Positions 45,713 to 56,524 of a DNA stretch of 64,000 bases are shown here, piece by piece. The notes under the pieces were generated by a model. That model was not told the origin of the DNA and made no database searches. It worked only from the letters and a program-made list of their open reading frames with translations. Source of the stretch: Escherichia coli (GTDB taxonomy: Bacteria > Pseudomonadota > Gammaproteobacteria > Enterobacterales > Enterobacteriaceae); assembly GCF_013122565.1 (NCBI RefSeq), contig NZ_CP053258.1. The stretch is one strand, 5' to 3'. A program made the translations under genes and the position numbers. Every line of letters begins with the position of its first letter. Position 1 is the stretch's first letter.

Positions 45713-48364
45713 ATGAACGAACAATATTCCGCATTGCGTAGTAATGTCAGTATGCTCGGCAAAGTGCTGGGAGAAACCATCAAGGATGCGTTGGGAGAAC
45801 ACATTCTTGAACGCGTAGAAACTATCCGTAAGTTGTCCAAATCTTCACGCGCTGGCAATGATGCTAACCGCCAGGAGTTGCTCACCACCTTACAAAATTT
45901 GTCGAACGACGAGCTGCTGCCCGTTGCGCGTGCGTTTAGTCAGTTCCTGAACCTGGCCAACACCGCCGAGCAATACCACAGCATTTCGCCGAAAGGCGAA
46001 GCTGCCAGCAACCCGGAAGTGATCGCCCGCACCCTGCGTAAACTGAAAAACCAGCCGGAACTGAGCGAAGACACCATCAAAAAAGCAGTGGAATCGCTGT
46101 CGCTGGAACTGGTCCTCACGGCTCACCCAACCGAAATTACCCGTCGTACACTGATCCACAAAATGGTGGAAGTGAACGCCTGCTTAAAACAGCTCGATAA
46201 CAAAGATATCGCTGACTACGAACACAACCAGCTGATGCGTCGCCTGCGCCAGTTGATCGCCCAGTCATGGCATACCGATGAAATCCGTAAGCTGCGTCCA
46301 AGCCCGGTAGATGAAGCCAAATGGGGCTTTGCCGTAGTAGAAAACAGCCTGTGGCAAGGCGTACCGAATTACCTGCGCGAACTGAACGAACAACTGGAAG
46401 AGAACCTCGGCTACAAACTGCCCGTCGAATTTGTTCCGGTGCGTTTTACCTCGTGGATGGGCGGTGACCGCGACGGCAACCCAAACGTCACTGCCGATAT
46501 CACCCGCCACGTCCTGCTACTCAGCCGCTGGAAAGCCACCGATCTGTTCCTGAAAGATATTCAGGTTCTGGTTTCTGAACTGTCGATGGTTGAAGCGACC
46601 CCTGAACTGCTGGCGCTGGTTGGCGAAGAAGGTGCCGCAGAACCGTATCGCTATCTGATGAAAAACCTGCGTTCTCGCCTGATGGCGACACAGGCATGGC
46701 TGGAAGCGCGCCTGAAAGGCGAAGAACTGCCAAAACCAGAAGGCCTGCTGACACAAAACGAAGAACTGTGGGAACCGCTCTACGCTTGCTACCAGTCACT
46801 TCAGGCGTGTGGCATGGGTATTATCGCCAATGGCGATCTGCTCGACACCCTGCGCCGCGTGAAATGTTTCGGCGTACCGCTGGTCCGTATTGATATCCGT
46901 CAGGAGAGCACACGTCATACCGAAGCGCTGGGCGAGCTGACCCGCTACCTCGGTATCGGCGACTACGAAAGCTGGTCAGAGGCCGACAAACAGGCGTTCC
47001 TGATCCGCGAACTGAACTCCAAACGTCCGCTTCTGCCGCGCAACTGGCAACCAAGCGCCGAAACGCGCGAAGTGCTCGATACCTGCCAGGTGATTGCCGA
47101 AGCGCCGCAAGGCTCCATTGCCGCCTACGTGATCTCGATGGCGAAAACGCCGTCCGACGTGCTGGCTGTCCACCTGCTGCTGAAAGAAGCGGGTATCGGG
47201 TTTGCAATGCCGGTTGCTCCGCTGTTTGAAACCCTCGATGACCTGAACAACGCCAACGATGTCATGACCCAGCTGCTCAATATCGACTGGTATCGCGGCC
47301 TGATTCAGGGCAAACAGATGGTGATGATTGGCTATTCCGACTCAGCAAAAGATGCGGGCGTGATGGCAGCGTCCTGGGCGCAATATCAGGCACAGGATGC
47401 ATTAATCAAAACCTGCGAAAAAGCGGGTATTGAGCTGACGTTGTTCCACGGTCGCGGCGGTTCCATTGGTCGTGGCGGCGCACCTGCTCATGCGGCGCTG
47501 CTGTCACAACCGCCAGGAAGCCTGAAAGGTGGCCTGCGCGTGACTGAACAGGGCGAGATGATCCGCTTTAAATATGGTCTGCCAGAAATCACCGTCAGCA
47601 GCCTGTCGCTGTACACCGGGGCGATTCTGGAAGCCAACCTGCTGCCACCACCTGAGCCGAAAGAGAGCTGGCGTCGCATTATGGATGAACTGTCAGTCAT
47701 CTCCTGCGATCTCTACCGTGGCTACGTACGTGAAAACAAAGATTTTGTGCCTTACTTCCGCTCCGCTACGCCGGAACAAGAACTGGGCAAACTGCCGTTG
47801 GGTTCACGTCCGGCGAAACGTCGCCCAACCGGCGGCGTCGAGTCACTACGCGCCATTCCGTGGATCTTCGCCTGGACGCAAAACCGCCTGATGCTCCCCG
47901 CCTGGCTGGGTGCAGGAACAGCGCTGCAAAAAGTGGTCGAAGACGGCAAACAGAGCGAGCTGGAGGCTATGTGCCGCGATTGGCCATTCTTCTCGACGCG
48001 TCTCGGCATGCTGGAGATGGTCTTCGCCAAAGCAGATCTGTGGCTAGCGGAATACTATGACCAACGCCTGGTAGACAAAGCACTGTGGCCGTTAGGTAAA
48101 GAGTTACGCAATCTGCAAGAAGAAGACATCAAAGTGGTGCTGGCGATTGCCAACGATTCCCATCTGATGGCCGATCTGCCGTGGATTGCAGAGTCTATTC
48201 AGCTACGGAATATTTACACCGACCCGCTGAACGTATTGCAGGCCGAGTTGCTGCACCGCTCCCGCCAGGCAGAAAAAGAAGGCCAGGAACCGGATCCTCG
48301 CGTCGAACAAGCGTTAATGGTCACTATTGCCGGGATTGCGGCAGGTATGCGTAATACCGGCTAA
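45713..48364 (+). CDS. ppc: phosphoenolpyruvate carboxylase
   Basis: 883 aa [39 protein letters not shown]... ending ...MRNTG. Confidence 0.99.
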
Positions 48365-48546
48365 TCTTCCTCTTCTGCAAACCCTCGTGCTTTTGCGCGA
48401 GGGTTTTCTGAAATACTTCTGTTCTAACACCCTCGTTTTCAATATATTTCTGTCTGCATTTTATTCAAATTCTGAATATACCTTCAGATATCCTTAAGGA
48501 ATTGTCGTTACATTCGGCGATATTTTTTTCAAGACAGGTTCTTACT

Positions 48547-50280
48547 ATGCATTCCACAGAAGTCCAGGCTAAACCCCTTTTTAGCTGGAAAGCCCTGGGT
48601 TGGGCACTGCTCTACTTTTGGTTTTTCTCTACTCTGCTACAGGCCATTATTTACATCAGTGGTTATAGTGGCACTAACGGCATTCGCGACTCGCTGTTAT
48701 TCAGTTCGCTGTGGTTGATCCCGGTATTTCTCTTTCCGAAGCGGATTAAAATCATTGCCGCAGTGATCGGCGTGGTGCTATGGGCGGCCTCTCTGGCGGC
48801 GCTGTGCTACTACGTCATCTACGGTCAGGAGTTCTCGCAGAGCGTTCTGTTTGTGATGTTTGAAACCAACACCAACGAAGCCAGCGAGTATTTAAGCCAG
48901 TATTTCAGCCTGAAAATTGTGCTTATCGCGCTGGCCTATACGGCGGTGGCTGTTCTGCTGTGGACACGCCTGCGCCCGGTCTATATTCCAAAGCCGTGGC
49001 GTTATGTTGTCTCTTTTGCCCTGCTTTATGGCTTGATTCTGCATCCGATCGCCATGAATACGTTTATCAAAAACAAGCCGTTTGAGAAAACGTTGGATAA
49101 CCTGGCCTCGCGTATGGAGCCTGCCGCACCGTGGCAATTCCTGACCGGCTATTATCAGTATCGTCAGCAACTAAACTCGCTAACAAAGCTACTGAATGAA
49201 AATAATGCCTTGCCGCCGCTGGCTAATTTCAAAGATGAATCGGGTAACGAACCGCGCACCTTAGTGCTGGTGATTGGCGAGTCAACCCAGCGTGGACGCA
49301 TGAGTCTGTACGGTTATCCGCGTGAAACCACGCCGGAGCTGGATGCGCTGCATAAAACCGATCCGAATCTAACCGTGTTTAATAACGTAGTTACGTCTCG
49401 TCCGTACACCATTGAAATCCTGCAACAGGCGCTGACCTTTGCCAATGAAAAGAACCCGGATCTGTATCTGACGCAGCCGTCGCTGATGAACATGATGAAA
49501 CAGGCGGGTTATAAAACCTTCTGGATCACCAACCAGCAGACGATGACCGCCCGCAATACCATGCTGACGGTATTTTCGCGCCAGACCGACAAGCAGTACT
49601 ACATGAACCAGCAACGTACGCAGAGTGCTCGTGAATACGACACTAACGTGCTGAAGCCGTTCCAGGAAGTGCTGAAGGACCCTGCGCCGAAGAAACTGAT
49701 CATTGTTCATCTGCTGGGTACGCATATCAAATACAAATACCGCTACCCGGAAAATCAGGGCAAGTTTGATGGCAATACCGATCATGTTCCGCCGGGATTA
49801 AACGCGGAAGAGCTGGAGTCATATAACGATTATGACAACGCTAACCTGTATAACGATCATGTGGTTGCCAGCCTGATTAAAGACTTTAAAGCAGCAGACC
49901 CGAACGGTTTCCTGGTTTACTTCTCTGACCACGGTGAAGAGGTTTACGACACGCCGCCTCATAAAACCCAGGGGCGTAATGAGGACAACCCGACGCGTCA
50001 TATGTACACCATTCCGTTCCTGCTGTGGACGTCGGAAAAATGGCAAGCGACTCATCCGCGTGATTTCTCGCAGGATGTTGATCGTAAATACAGCCTGGCG
50101 GAACTGATCCACACCTGGTCAGATTTGGCGGGCTTATCTTACGACGGTTACGATCCAACCCGTTCAGTGGTGAATCCGCAGTTCAAAGAAACTACCCGCT
50201 GGATTGGTAACCCGTATAAGAAAAACGCACTGATCGATTACGACACGCTGCCGTATGGCGATCAGGTGGGTAATCAGTAA
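48547..50280 (+). CDS. eptC: phosphoethanolamine transferase EptC (YijP)
   Basis: 577 aa from MHSTEVQAKPLFSWKALGW; N-terminal TM segments plus sulfatase-like domain. Confidence 0.93.
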   Translation: MHSTEVQAKPLFSWKALGWALLYFWFFSTLLQAIIYISGYSGTNGIRDSLLFSSLWLIPVFLFPKRIKIIAAVIGVVLWAASLAALCYYVIYGQEFSQSVLFVMFETNTNEASEYLSQYFSLKIVLIALAYTAVAVLLWTRLRPVYIPKPWRYVVSFALLYGLILHPIAMNTFIKNKPFEKTLDNLASRMEPAAPWQFLTGYYQYRQQLNSLTKLLNENNALPPLANFKDESGNEPRTLVLVIGESTQRGRMSLYGYPRETTPELDALHKTDPNLTVFNNVVTSRPYTIEILQQALTFANEKNPDLYLTQPSLMNMMKQAGYKTFWITNQQTMTARNTMLTVFSRQTDKQYYMNQQRTQSAREYDTNVLKPFQEVLKDPAPKKLIIVHLLGTHIKYKYRYPENQGKFDGNTDHVPPGLNAEELESYNDYDNANLYNDHVVASLIKDFKAADPNGFLVYFSDHGEEVYDTPPHKTQGRNEDNPTRHMYTIPFLLWTSEKWQATHPRDFSQDVDRKYSLAELIHTWSDLAGLSYDGYDPTRSVVNPQFKETTRWIGNPYKKNALIDYDTLPYGDQVGNQ

Positions 50281-50353
50281 ATGACCTATGTATCGCGTCT
50301 GGCGCTATTTGCCGGATGCGATACTGGCACAATGTTTACATCTCACTTCCATC

Positions 50354-50381
50354 AGGCCACACTTTTCAGGTGGCCTTTTTT
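50354..50381 (+). terminator. eptC terminator
   Basis: aggccac-loop-gtggcct stem followed by T6. Confidence 0.7.
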
Positions 50382-50428
50382 CATAATGCCAGTTACTGTT
50401 TTCCCGTCTACATACCTAAGGGAATAAC

Positions 50429-51280
50429 ATGTATCACGACGTCAGCTATCTGCTCTCCCGCCTGATCAACGGCCCGCTGTCCCTGCGCCAGATTTACTTT
50501 GCAAGCAGTAACGGCCCGGTGCCCGATCTTGCGTATCAGGTCGATTTTCCACGACTGGAAATTGTGCTGGAAGGTGAGTTTGTTGATACCGGCGCTGGAG
50601 CAACGTTAGTTCCCGGCGATGTGCTGTACGTTCCCGCTGGTGGCTGGAATTTTCCACAATGGAAAACACCCGCGACCACCTTTAGCGTGCTGTTTGGCAA
50701 ACAGCAACTCGGCTTCAGCGTCGTGCAATGGGATGGCAAACAATATCAAAATCTGGCGAAGCAACACGTCGCCCGACGCGGCCCACGCATAGGTTCTTTT
50801 CTGCTACAAACGCTCAATGAAATGCAAATGCAGTCGCAGGAGCAGCAAACGGCAAGGCTTATCGTCGCCAGCCTGCTTAGCCACTGCCGCGATTTGCTTG
50901 GCAGCCAAATCCAGACCGCCTCACGCAGCCAGGCACTGTTCGAAGCTATTCGTGATTATATCGACGAACGCTACGCCTCCGCGCTTACCCGCGAATCTGT
51001 CGCACAGGCATTCTATATTTCACCAAACTATCTCTCGCACCTGTTTCAAAAAACGGGGGCCATTGGTTTTAACGAATACCTGAATCACACGCGACTGGAG
51101 CACGCCAAGACGTTATTGAAAGGCTATGACCTGAAGGTAAAAGAAGTGGCGCACGCCTGCGGCTTTGTCGACAGCAACTACTTCTGCCGTCTGTTTCGTA
51201 AAAACACCGAACGCTCGCCGTCGGAATATCGCCGGCAGTACCACAGCCAACTGACAGAAAAACCGACTACTCCAGAATAA
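50429..51280 (+). CDS. yijO: AraC-family transcriptional regulator YijO
   Basis: 283 aa ORF with C-terminal AraC HTH. Confidence 0.9.
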   Translation: MYHDVSYLLSRLINGPLSLRQIYFASSNGPVPDLAYQVDFPRLEIVLEGEFVDTGAGATLVPGDVLYVPAGGWNFPQWKTPATTFSVLFGKQQLGFSVVQWDGKQYQNLAKQHVARRGPRIGSFLLQTLNEMQMQSQEQQTARLIVASLLSHCRDLLGSQIQTASRSQALFEAIRDYIDERYASALTRESVAQAFYISPNYLSHLFQKTGAIGFNEYLNHTRLEHAKTLLKGYDLKVKEVAHACGFVDSNYFCRLFRKNTERSPSEYRRQYHSQLTEKPTTPE

Positions 51281-51608
51281 GATGGGTTTGCTGCGGCGCA
51301 GAAAGCACTTTGCGCACCGCGCTCATTACCCGCTGCGGCTCACGCAGGAATGCGTAGATGCTGCATTGCACATAGCGGCAATGTTCAAATCGCTCGGCAC
51401 CGGCAAGCTCGATATCCGTAATTAACAGCGCAACATCCGCCCGGCGGATATCCTCGTCCGCTAAACGATTCTCCGTTCCCAGCGCGCCCTGAGTTTCAAT
51501 GCTGATGACCCACTTCTCTAACTGGCACAACTTTTCCAGCCGTTCCGCCGCCATATAAGTATGCGCCACGCCGCTTACGCAGGCGGTTACTGCCACCAGG
51601 TATGCCAT
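51267..51608 (-). CDS. frwD: PTS fructose-like IIB component FrwD
   Basis: 113 aa from MAYLVAVTACVSGVAHTYMAAERLEK (IIB Cys motif). Confidence 0.9.
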   Translation of the reverse strand: MAYLVAVTACVSGVAHTYMAAERLEKLCQLEKWVISIETQGALGTENRLADEDIRRADVALLITDIELAGAERFEHCRYVQCSIYAFLREPQRVMSAVRKVLSAPQQTHLILE

Positions 51609-51609
51609 T

Positions 51610-52488
51610 TTAACCTCCCACGGTAACCTGAAATCCGGCCCGTTCTGCCATTTCGCGCATCGTTGCCACATCAGCTGACGACGGCGCAGGCACCTCTTTC
51701 ATCGACCATGTTTTCCCCAGCAGGCGGTATTTCGGTTCGCCGTACTGATGAAACGGTAACAGATGGATCTGCCTGATATTCAGCGGGATCAGCACGTCCA
51801 GCGCCTGCTGCATATTCTCCCGGCTGAGCGTGAAACCAGGGATCAGCGGTAAACGCGGGATCACGTTGACACCCTCACTCACCAGCAAACGCAGATTCTC
51901 CACCACGCGTGGCAGGTTCATCTTCACCACATCCCGCGCCTGAGTCGCATCCATGATTTTTAAATCGAACAACACTTCATCGCACAATTTCGCCAGTGGT
52001 AACAGCTTGCTTGCTGGCGCGTCTCCGGCAGTTTCAATGGCGCATGACACCCCCCACAGCCGCAGTCGCTGTAAAAAACGGGTAGCAAACTCCGCCTGCA
52101 TTAACACTTCGCCGCCAGAAAGCGTGACGCCGCCGCCGGACGTGCGAAAGAAAATGTCATCTTTCATCACTTCCCGTTCCAGCGCGTCAAGGCTGATATC
52201 GCGACCAATCCGTTCAAACGCCCCGGAGGGGCATTCATCCGCATCACGCAAACATTTCGCACAGTGCAGACATTTCGCCTCTCTGCGTACCGTCTGGATT
52301 TTGCCGGAGATCGACTCCGGATTAGCACACCACGGGCAAAGATGCGGACAGCCTTTAAAAAAGACCACCGTACGAATGCCCTCACCGTCATTCAGTGAAT
52401 AACGCTGAATGTTGAAAATGCGCGCCACATCATTGCGGCGCGTTTCCACAACGTTACAGCTGATGCGCTGTCCGGCGGATGATGTCAT
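51610..52488 (-). CDS. pflC: glycyl-radical enzyme activating protein PflC
   Basis: 292 aa from MTSSAGQRIS... with radical-SAM CPHLCPWC and ferredoxin-like Cys clusters. Confidence 0.93.
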   Translation of the reverse strand: MTSSAGQRISCNVVETRRNDVARIFNIQRYSLNDGEGIRTVVFFKGCPHLCPWCANPESISGKIQTVRREAKCLHCAKCLRDADECPSGAFERIGRDISLDALEREVMKDDIFFRTSGGGVTLSGGEVLMQAEFATRFLQRLRLWGVSCAIETAGDAPASKLLPLAKLCDEVLFDLKIMDATQARDVVKMNLPRVVENLRLLVSEGVNVIPRLPLIPGFTLSRENMQQALDVLIPLNIRQIHLLPFHQYGEPKYRLLGKTWSMKEVPAPSSADVATMREMAERAGFQVTVGG

Positions 52489-54751
52489 CCTGGATCTCCT
52501 TCGACAGTTCGACAAAGAAGGCGCTGTATCCGGCAACGCGCACCACCAGCCCGGCATAATCTTGTGGGCGCTGTTGCGCTTCCCGCAACGTGTCGGCGTT
52601 CACCACGTTAAACTGAATATGTTGTAACTTAAGCTGGGTAAACGCCCGTAAGAAGTCGGCCAGTTTGCGTAATCCCGCTTCACCTTCCAGGGTCGCCGGA
52701 GTGAATTTCACGTTCAGCAACGTACCGTTAGACAGCAGTGTGTTATCGAGCTTACTGACTGACTTCAGTACCGCCGTTGGCCCTTGTGCGTCCTGGCCCA
52801 GCATGGGTGACAAGCCGCCGTCTGCCAGTTGTTCCCCGGCAAAACGACCGTCTGGCGTCGCACCAACCACCGATCCCAACGGGACGTGAGCAGAAACGGT
52901 ATACGATCCCGGCGTGAAGTAGCCGCCGCGCGGGTTCTGGTATTTTTCCACTTCTTTGCAGTAGTGGCGTAACAGTTCGGCGCTGATGTTATCCACCTCG
53001 TCGATATCGTTACCGTATTTCTCAAAGCGGTTAATTAAGCGAGCGCGGACTTTTTCGCCTTCTGGCGTTGCGAAGTTGGCTTTTAATACCGACAGCAATT
53101 CGTCAAAACTTAAACGCTGTTGATCAAAAACCATCCCTTTCAACGCATGGAGAGAATCGCTCAGGTTGGCGATACCGATCCCCTGTACGCCGGAGAAGTT
53201 ATAACGCGCGCCGCCATCGGTAATATCGCGGCCTTTTTCCAGACAATCGCTGATAAACGATGAGAGCAGCGGTACAGGTGCCCAGTCGCGATGGCCGATA
53301 TCACAAATATTGCTGCCCTCAACCATCAGGGTGATGTAGTGGCTGATCTTGGCGCGGATCTGCTCCAGTAAACCTTCATAAGTCAGCGCAGCATTGCCTT
53401 CATTTTCATGCAGGCAGATTTCCATCACTTTCAGCAGATTAAACATCGCGATGTCATGCAAGCCGTAGGTTCTGCCGGGAATAGATAATTCCACACAGCC
53501 CACTACGGAATAGTCGCGCGCATCTTCCAGCGAAACGCCACGGTTGAGGAACGCTGGCACCACCACTTCATCGTTAAAGATTTGCGGAATACCGGTGCCG
53601 AGGCGAATGGTTTCGGCGGTTTTCATCAGGAACGGCGTGTCGATCAAGGCGTTAGTGCGCACGCCGAGGTTCGGTTGCGGTAATTGCACGCTTTGATAAG
53701 CATCGAGGCAAAGGAATGAAAGCACGTTCACCGCGCTACGTCCGTTCTCGGTTAACCCGCCGAGCAGTGCGGTATAGCCGGTCGGGAAACCTGCGAAATA
53801 ACGCGCGCTGCTGGTGGAGCGCAACAGCACGATGTCGTTGCATTTCACCCATAAAGATTCGAGCAGTTCTTTCAGGAACGCCGGATCTTCGCCCTGGGTT
53901 AAAGATGCCTGATAGAACGGCAACATATACTGGTCGAAGCGCCCTAAAGACAGCGAACTGGCGTTGGATTCGTATTGCAGAATGATGTTCATGTACCAGA
54001 ATAACTGGCACGCCTGCCAGAACGTCTGCGGCTTATGTTGCGCGTTATGGCGGGAGATCTCCGCAATAGTCAGCAGCTCTTAGCGACGCTGGGCATCTGT
54101 GCAGTTTGCCGCCATCGTTTCCGCCAGTTCGGCGTAACGCAAAATGTGTTTCTGCGAGGCTTCCAGCAGTAACAGCGCTGCCTGATAAAAGTAATTCTCC
54201 GGCTGTTGCTGACAATGTTGCTGCATCTGCGCCACCAGCTCCCCCAGCCCGTGATTCAGCAGGCGCGGGTAATCAATAATAATGTGCCCCTGGCCTTTAT
54301 CCGTCTGGTTGATGCTGAAAATCTGCGTGCTGGTCGCGGCTTTTACTTCATCCGTCATCTGCCCGTTGATGAAATCTTTCATCGAACGTTTTTCCCAGTA
54401 CGGGAACAACTCTTCGCGGTAGATACGTTTATCTTCTTCGCTGATAGCAAAGCGGTCCTGCGGACGCGTCGGGAACTGGTCCAACTCTTTCAGCAGCCAG
54501 TAAGGATCCATTTCCGGCGACATAATCCCGGCGCGTGGTTTCACCGTGCGGTTACCGGCAATCAGTTCTTCATCACGAATCGAAATTTCAACATGTTCAA
54601 GGATATACGCTGTTGCTTTCGCCCGGCGCAATATCACCGGTTCGCCTTCGGTTTGCCGATGGCTGGCGGTATAAAGCAGCGCACGCTCCAGCGAGATTTC
54701 ACGGGTATTGGCAAACAGTGCAGTTTTGAGGCGAGAGATACGATTCGTCAT
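52454..54751 (-). pseudogene. pflD: pflD (glycyl-radical formate-acetyltransferase 2), interrupted by an in-frame TAA at codon 224
   Basis: Two collinear same-frame ORFs (54080-54751 and 52454-53992) separated only by a TAA at 54080-54082; full frame otherwise intact at 765 codons. Confidence 0.8.
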
Positions 54752-54801
54752 GAGGAACTCCTGTGGGAAAGCGAACCCGCCCTTGCGAGCGGGAGAAGAA
54801 C

Positions 54802-55122
54802 TTAAGCGGTTTGCGCCAGGTGAGCTTCAATTTTGCTCATAATGGCGTCAGCGCGTTTTACCGCGTCGCTGATGTTGACGCGCACAATGGTCTTGCCAGC
54901 AAAACGCTCTTCAAACTTGATGCCGATATCTTTGGTCAGAATCACCATATCGGCGCTCGCCACATCTTCCGCAGTCAGTTCGTTTTCCAGACCAATCGAG
55001 CCCTGGGTTTCTACTTTCACTTCCCAGCCTTTCGCTTTCGCGGCACTTTCCAGCGCCTCTGCCGCCATATAAGTATGGGCAACACCAGATGGACATGCGG
55101 TTACTGCAATAATTTTCGTCAT
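54802..55122 (-). CDS. frwB: PTS fructose-like IIB component FrwB
   Basis: 106 aa ORF MTKIIAVTACPSGVAHTYMAAEALE... Confidence 0.93.
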   Translation of the reverse strand: MTKIIAVTACPSGVAHTYMAAEALESAAKAKGWEVKVETQGSIGLENELTAEDVASADMVILTKDIGIKFEERFAGKTIVRVNISDAVKRADAIMSKIEAHLAQTA

Positions 55123-55136
55123 GGCTCGTTCCTCAA

Positions 55137-56216
55137 TTAATTAATTTCAAAATCCAAATCCAGGTCGTCTTCTTTTTCATCAGTAGAAGATCCATTTTTA
55201 CGCGCCAGACTTTTCAGCACGTTCACGCAGACTGCCGTCACAACCGCCCCGACAGCCACTGCTGCGATATAACCCAACTTACCTTCAACCACCGGCAGCA
55301 CAATCAGACCACCCCAGCCGGCATAGCACTGCGCACCGACCAGCGCCGCAGTTACTGCACCACAAACTGAACCGACCATGATGGAAGGAATAACACGCAG
55401 CGGATCGGCAGCGGCGAAAGGAATCGCCCCTTCAGTAACGCCAACGCACCCCATCACCAGCGCCGCTTTACCAGTTTCGCGCTCTTCTGCGGAGAAATTT
55501 TTACGACCAATCAGCGTCGCCAGCCCCATCCCCAGCGGCGGGATACAAATACCCACGGCAGCAATGGCCACCACGGTATAAACACCCTGAGCAACGCAAA
55601 TCAGCATGAAGGCATAGGCCACTTTGTTAACCGGACCGCCCATATCGAACGCCAGCATCAGACCCATGATCACCGCCAGCATAACAATGCTGCCCTGCTG
55701 CATCCCCTGAAGCCACTGAGTCAGGCTGTTGGTCAACGCCCCTACAGGCTCGCCCAAGCCCCACATCATGATGCCTGCGGTAATCAGTGTGCCGACGATA
55801 GGAATGATGAAGATAGGCATCACCGAGCGCAGAACTTTATGCACCGGAATTTTCTTCAGGTAATGCACCACGATGCCGCCGATAATCCCGGCGATCAGTG
55901 CACCAAAGAAGCCCGCACCAAAGCTGTTACCAACCCAGGCACCGATAGCGCACGGAGCCAGCGCAGAACGCTCTGCAATGGAGTAACCAATGTAAGCGGC
56001 GAGGAAAGGCACCATCAGCGTCAAACCCGCAACGCCGATATCAAACAGTTTTTTCAAATTCGGATCGGCTACGGCATTCGGCACTGCGCCTTTGCCATAC
56101 AACATGACGGAAACCGCCAGCAAAATACCGCCCGATACCACGAAGGGAATCATGTGTGAAACGCCCGTCATTAAGTGCTGACGGGTATTTTTCAGGATCT
56201 GCACCAACTCATTCAT
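55137..56216 (-). CDS. frwC: PTS fructose-like IIC component FrwC
   Basis: 359 aa polytopic membrane ORF from MNELVQILKNTRQHLMTGVSHMIPFVV; upstream in-frame ATG at 56237. Confidence 0.9.
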   Translation of the reverse strand: MNELVQILKNTRQHLMTGVSHMIPFVVSGGILLAVSVMLYGKGAVPNAVADPNLKKLFDIGVAGLTLMVPFLAAYIGYSIAERSALAPCAIGAWVGNSFGAGFFGALIAGIIGGIVVHYLKKIPVHKVLRSVMPIFIIPIVGTLITAGIMMWGLGEPVGALTNSLTQWLQGMQQGSIVMLAVIMGLMLAFDMGGPVNKVAYAFMLICVAQGVYTVVAIAAVGICIPPLGMGLATLIGRKNFSAEERETGKAALVMGCVGVTEGAIPFAAADPLRVIPSIMVGSVCGAVTAALVGAQCYAGWGGLIVLPVVEGKLGYIAAVAVGAVVTAVCVNVLKSLARKNGSSTDEKEDDLDLDFEIN

Positions 56217-56524
56217 AAGCTGCTCCCGGGCTTGCAAAAGCCCATGTCCATATTTTTGATGGAGGAAACAATAGGCAATCGCAGGCGGAGCAAACAGTGG
56301 ATAAAAAGGCCATTTACTGGACTTTTGTAATATCAGTACAAAAATGCGATCCGCCTCATAACTTGCGATAAACCTGAAGCATGCCGCAAAACGGCGTCTT
56401 GTGAGACGCGTCGCAAATTGACGGTTACATTACATTTGTCCAGCTTTTGGCAGATTTGTCACATGGCAGGCCGTTGCCGTGCGCTCTTATCCTGTAAACA
56501 GAAAACCGTACCGGGAGAGAGGCA

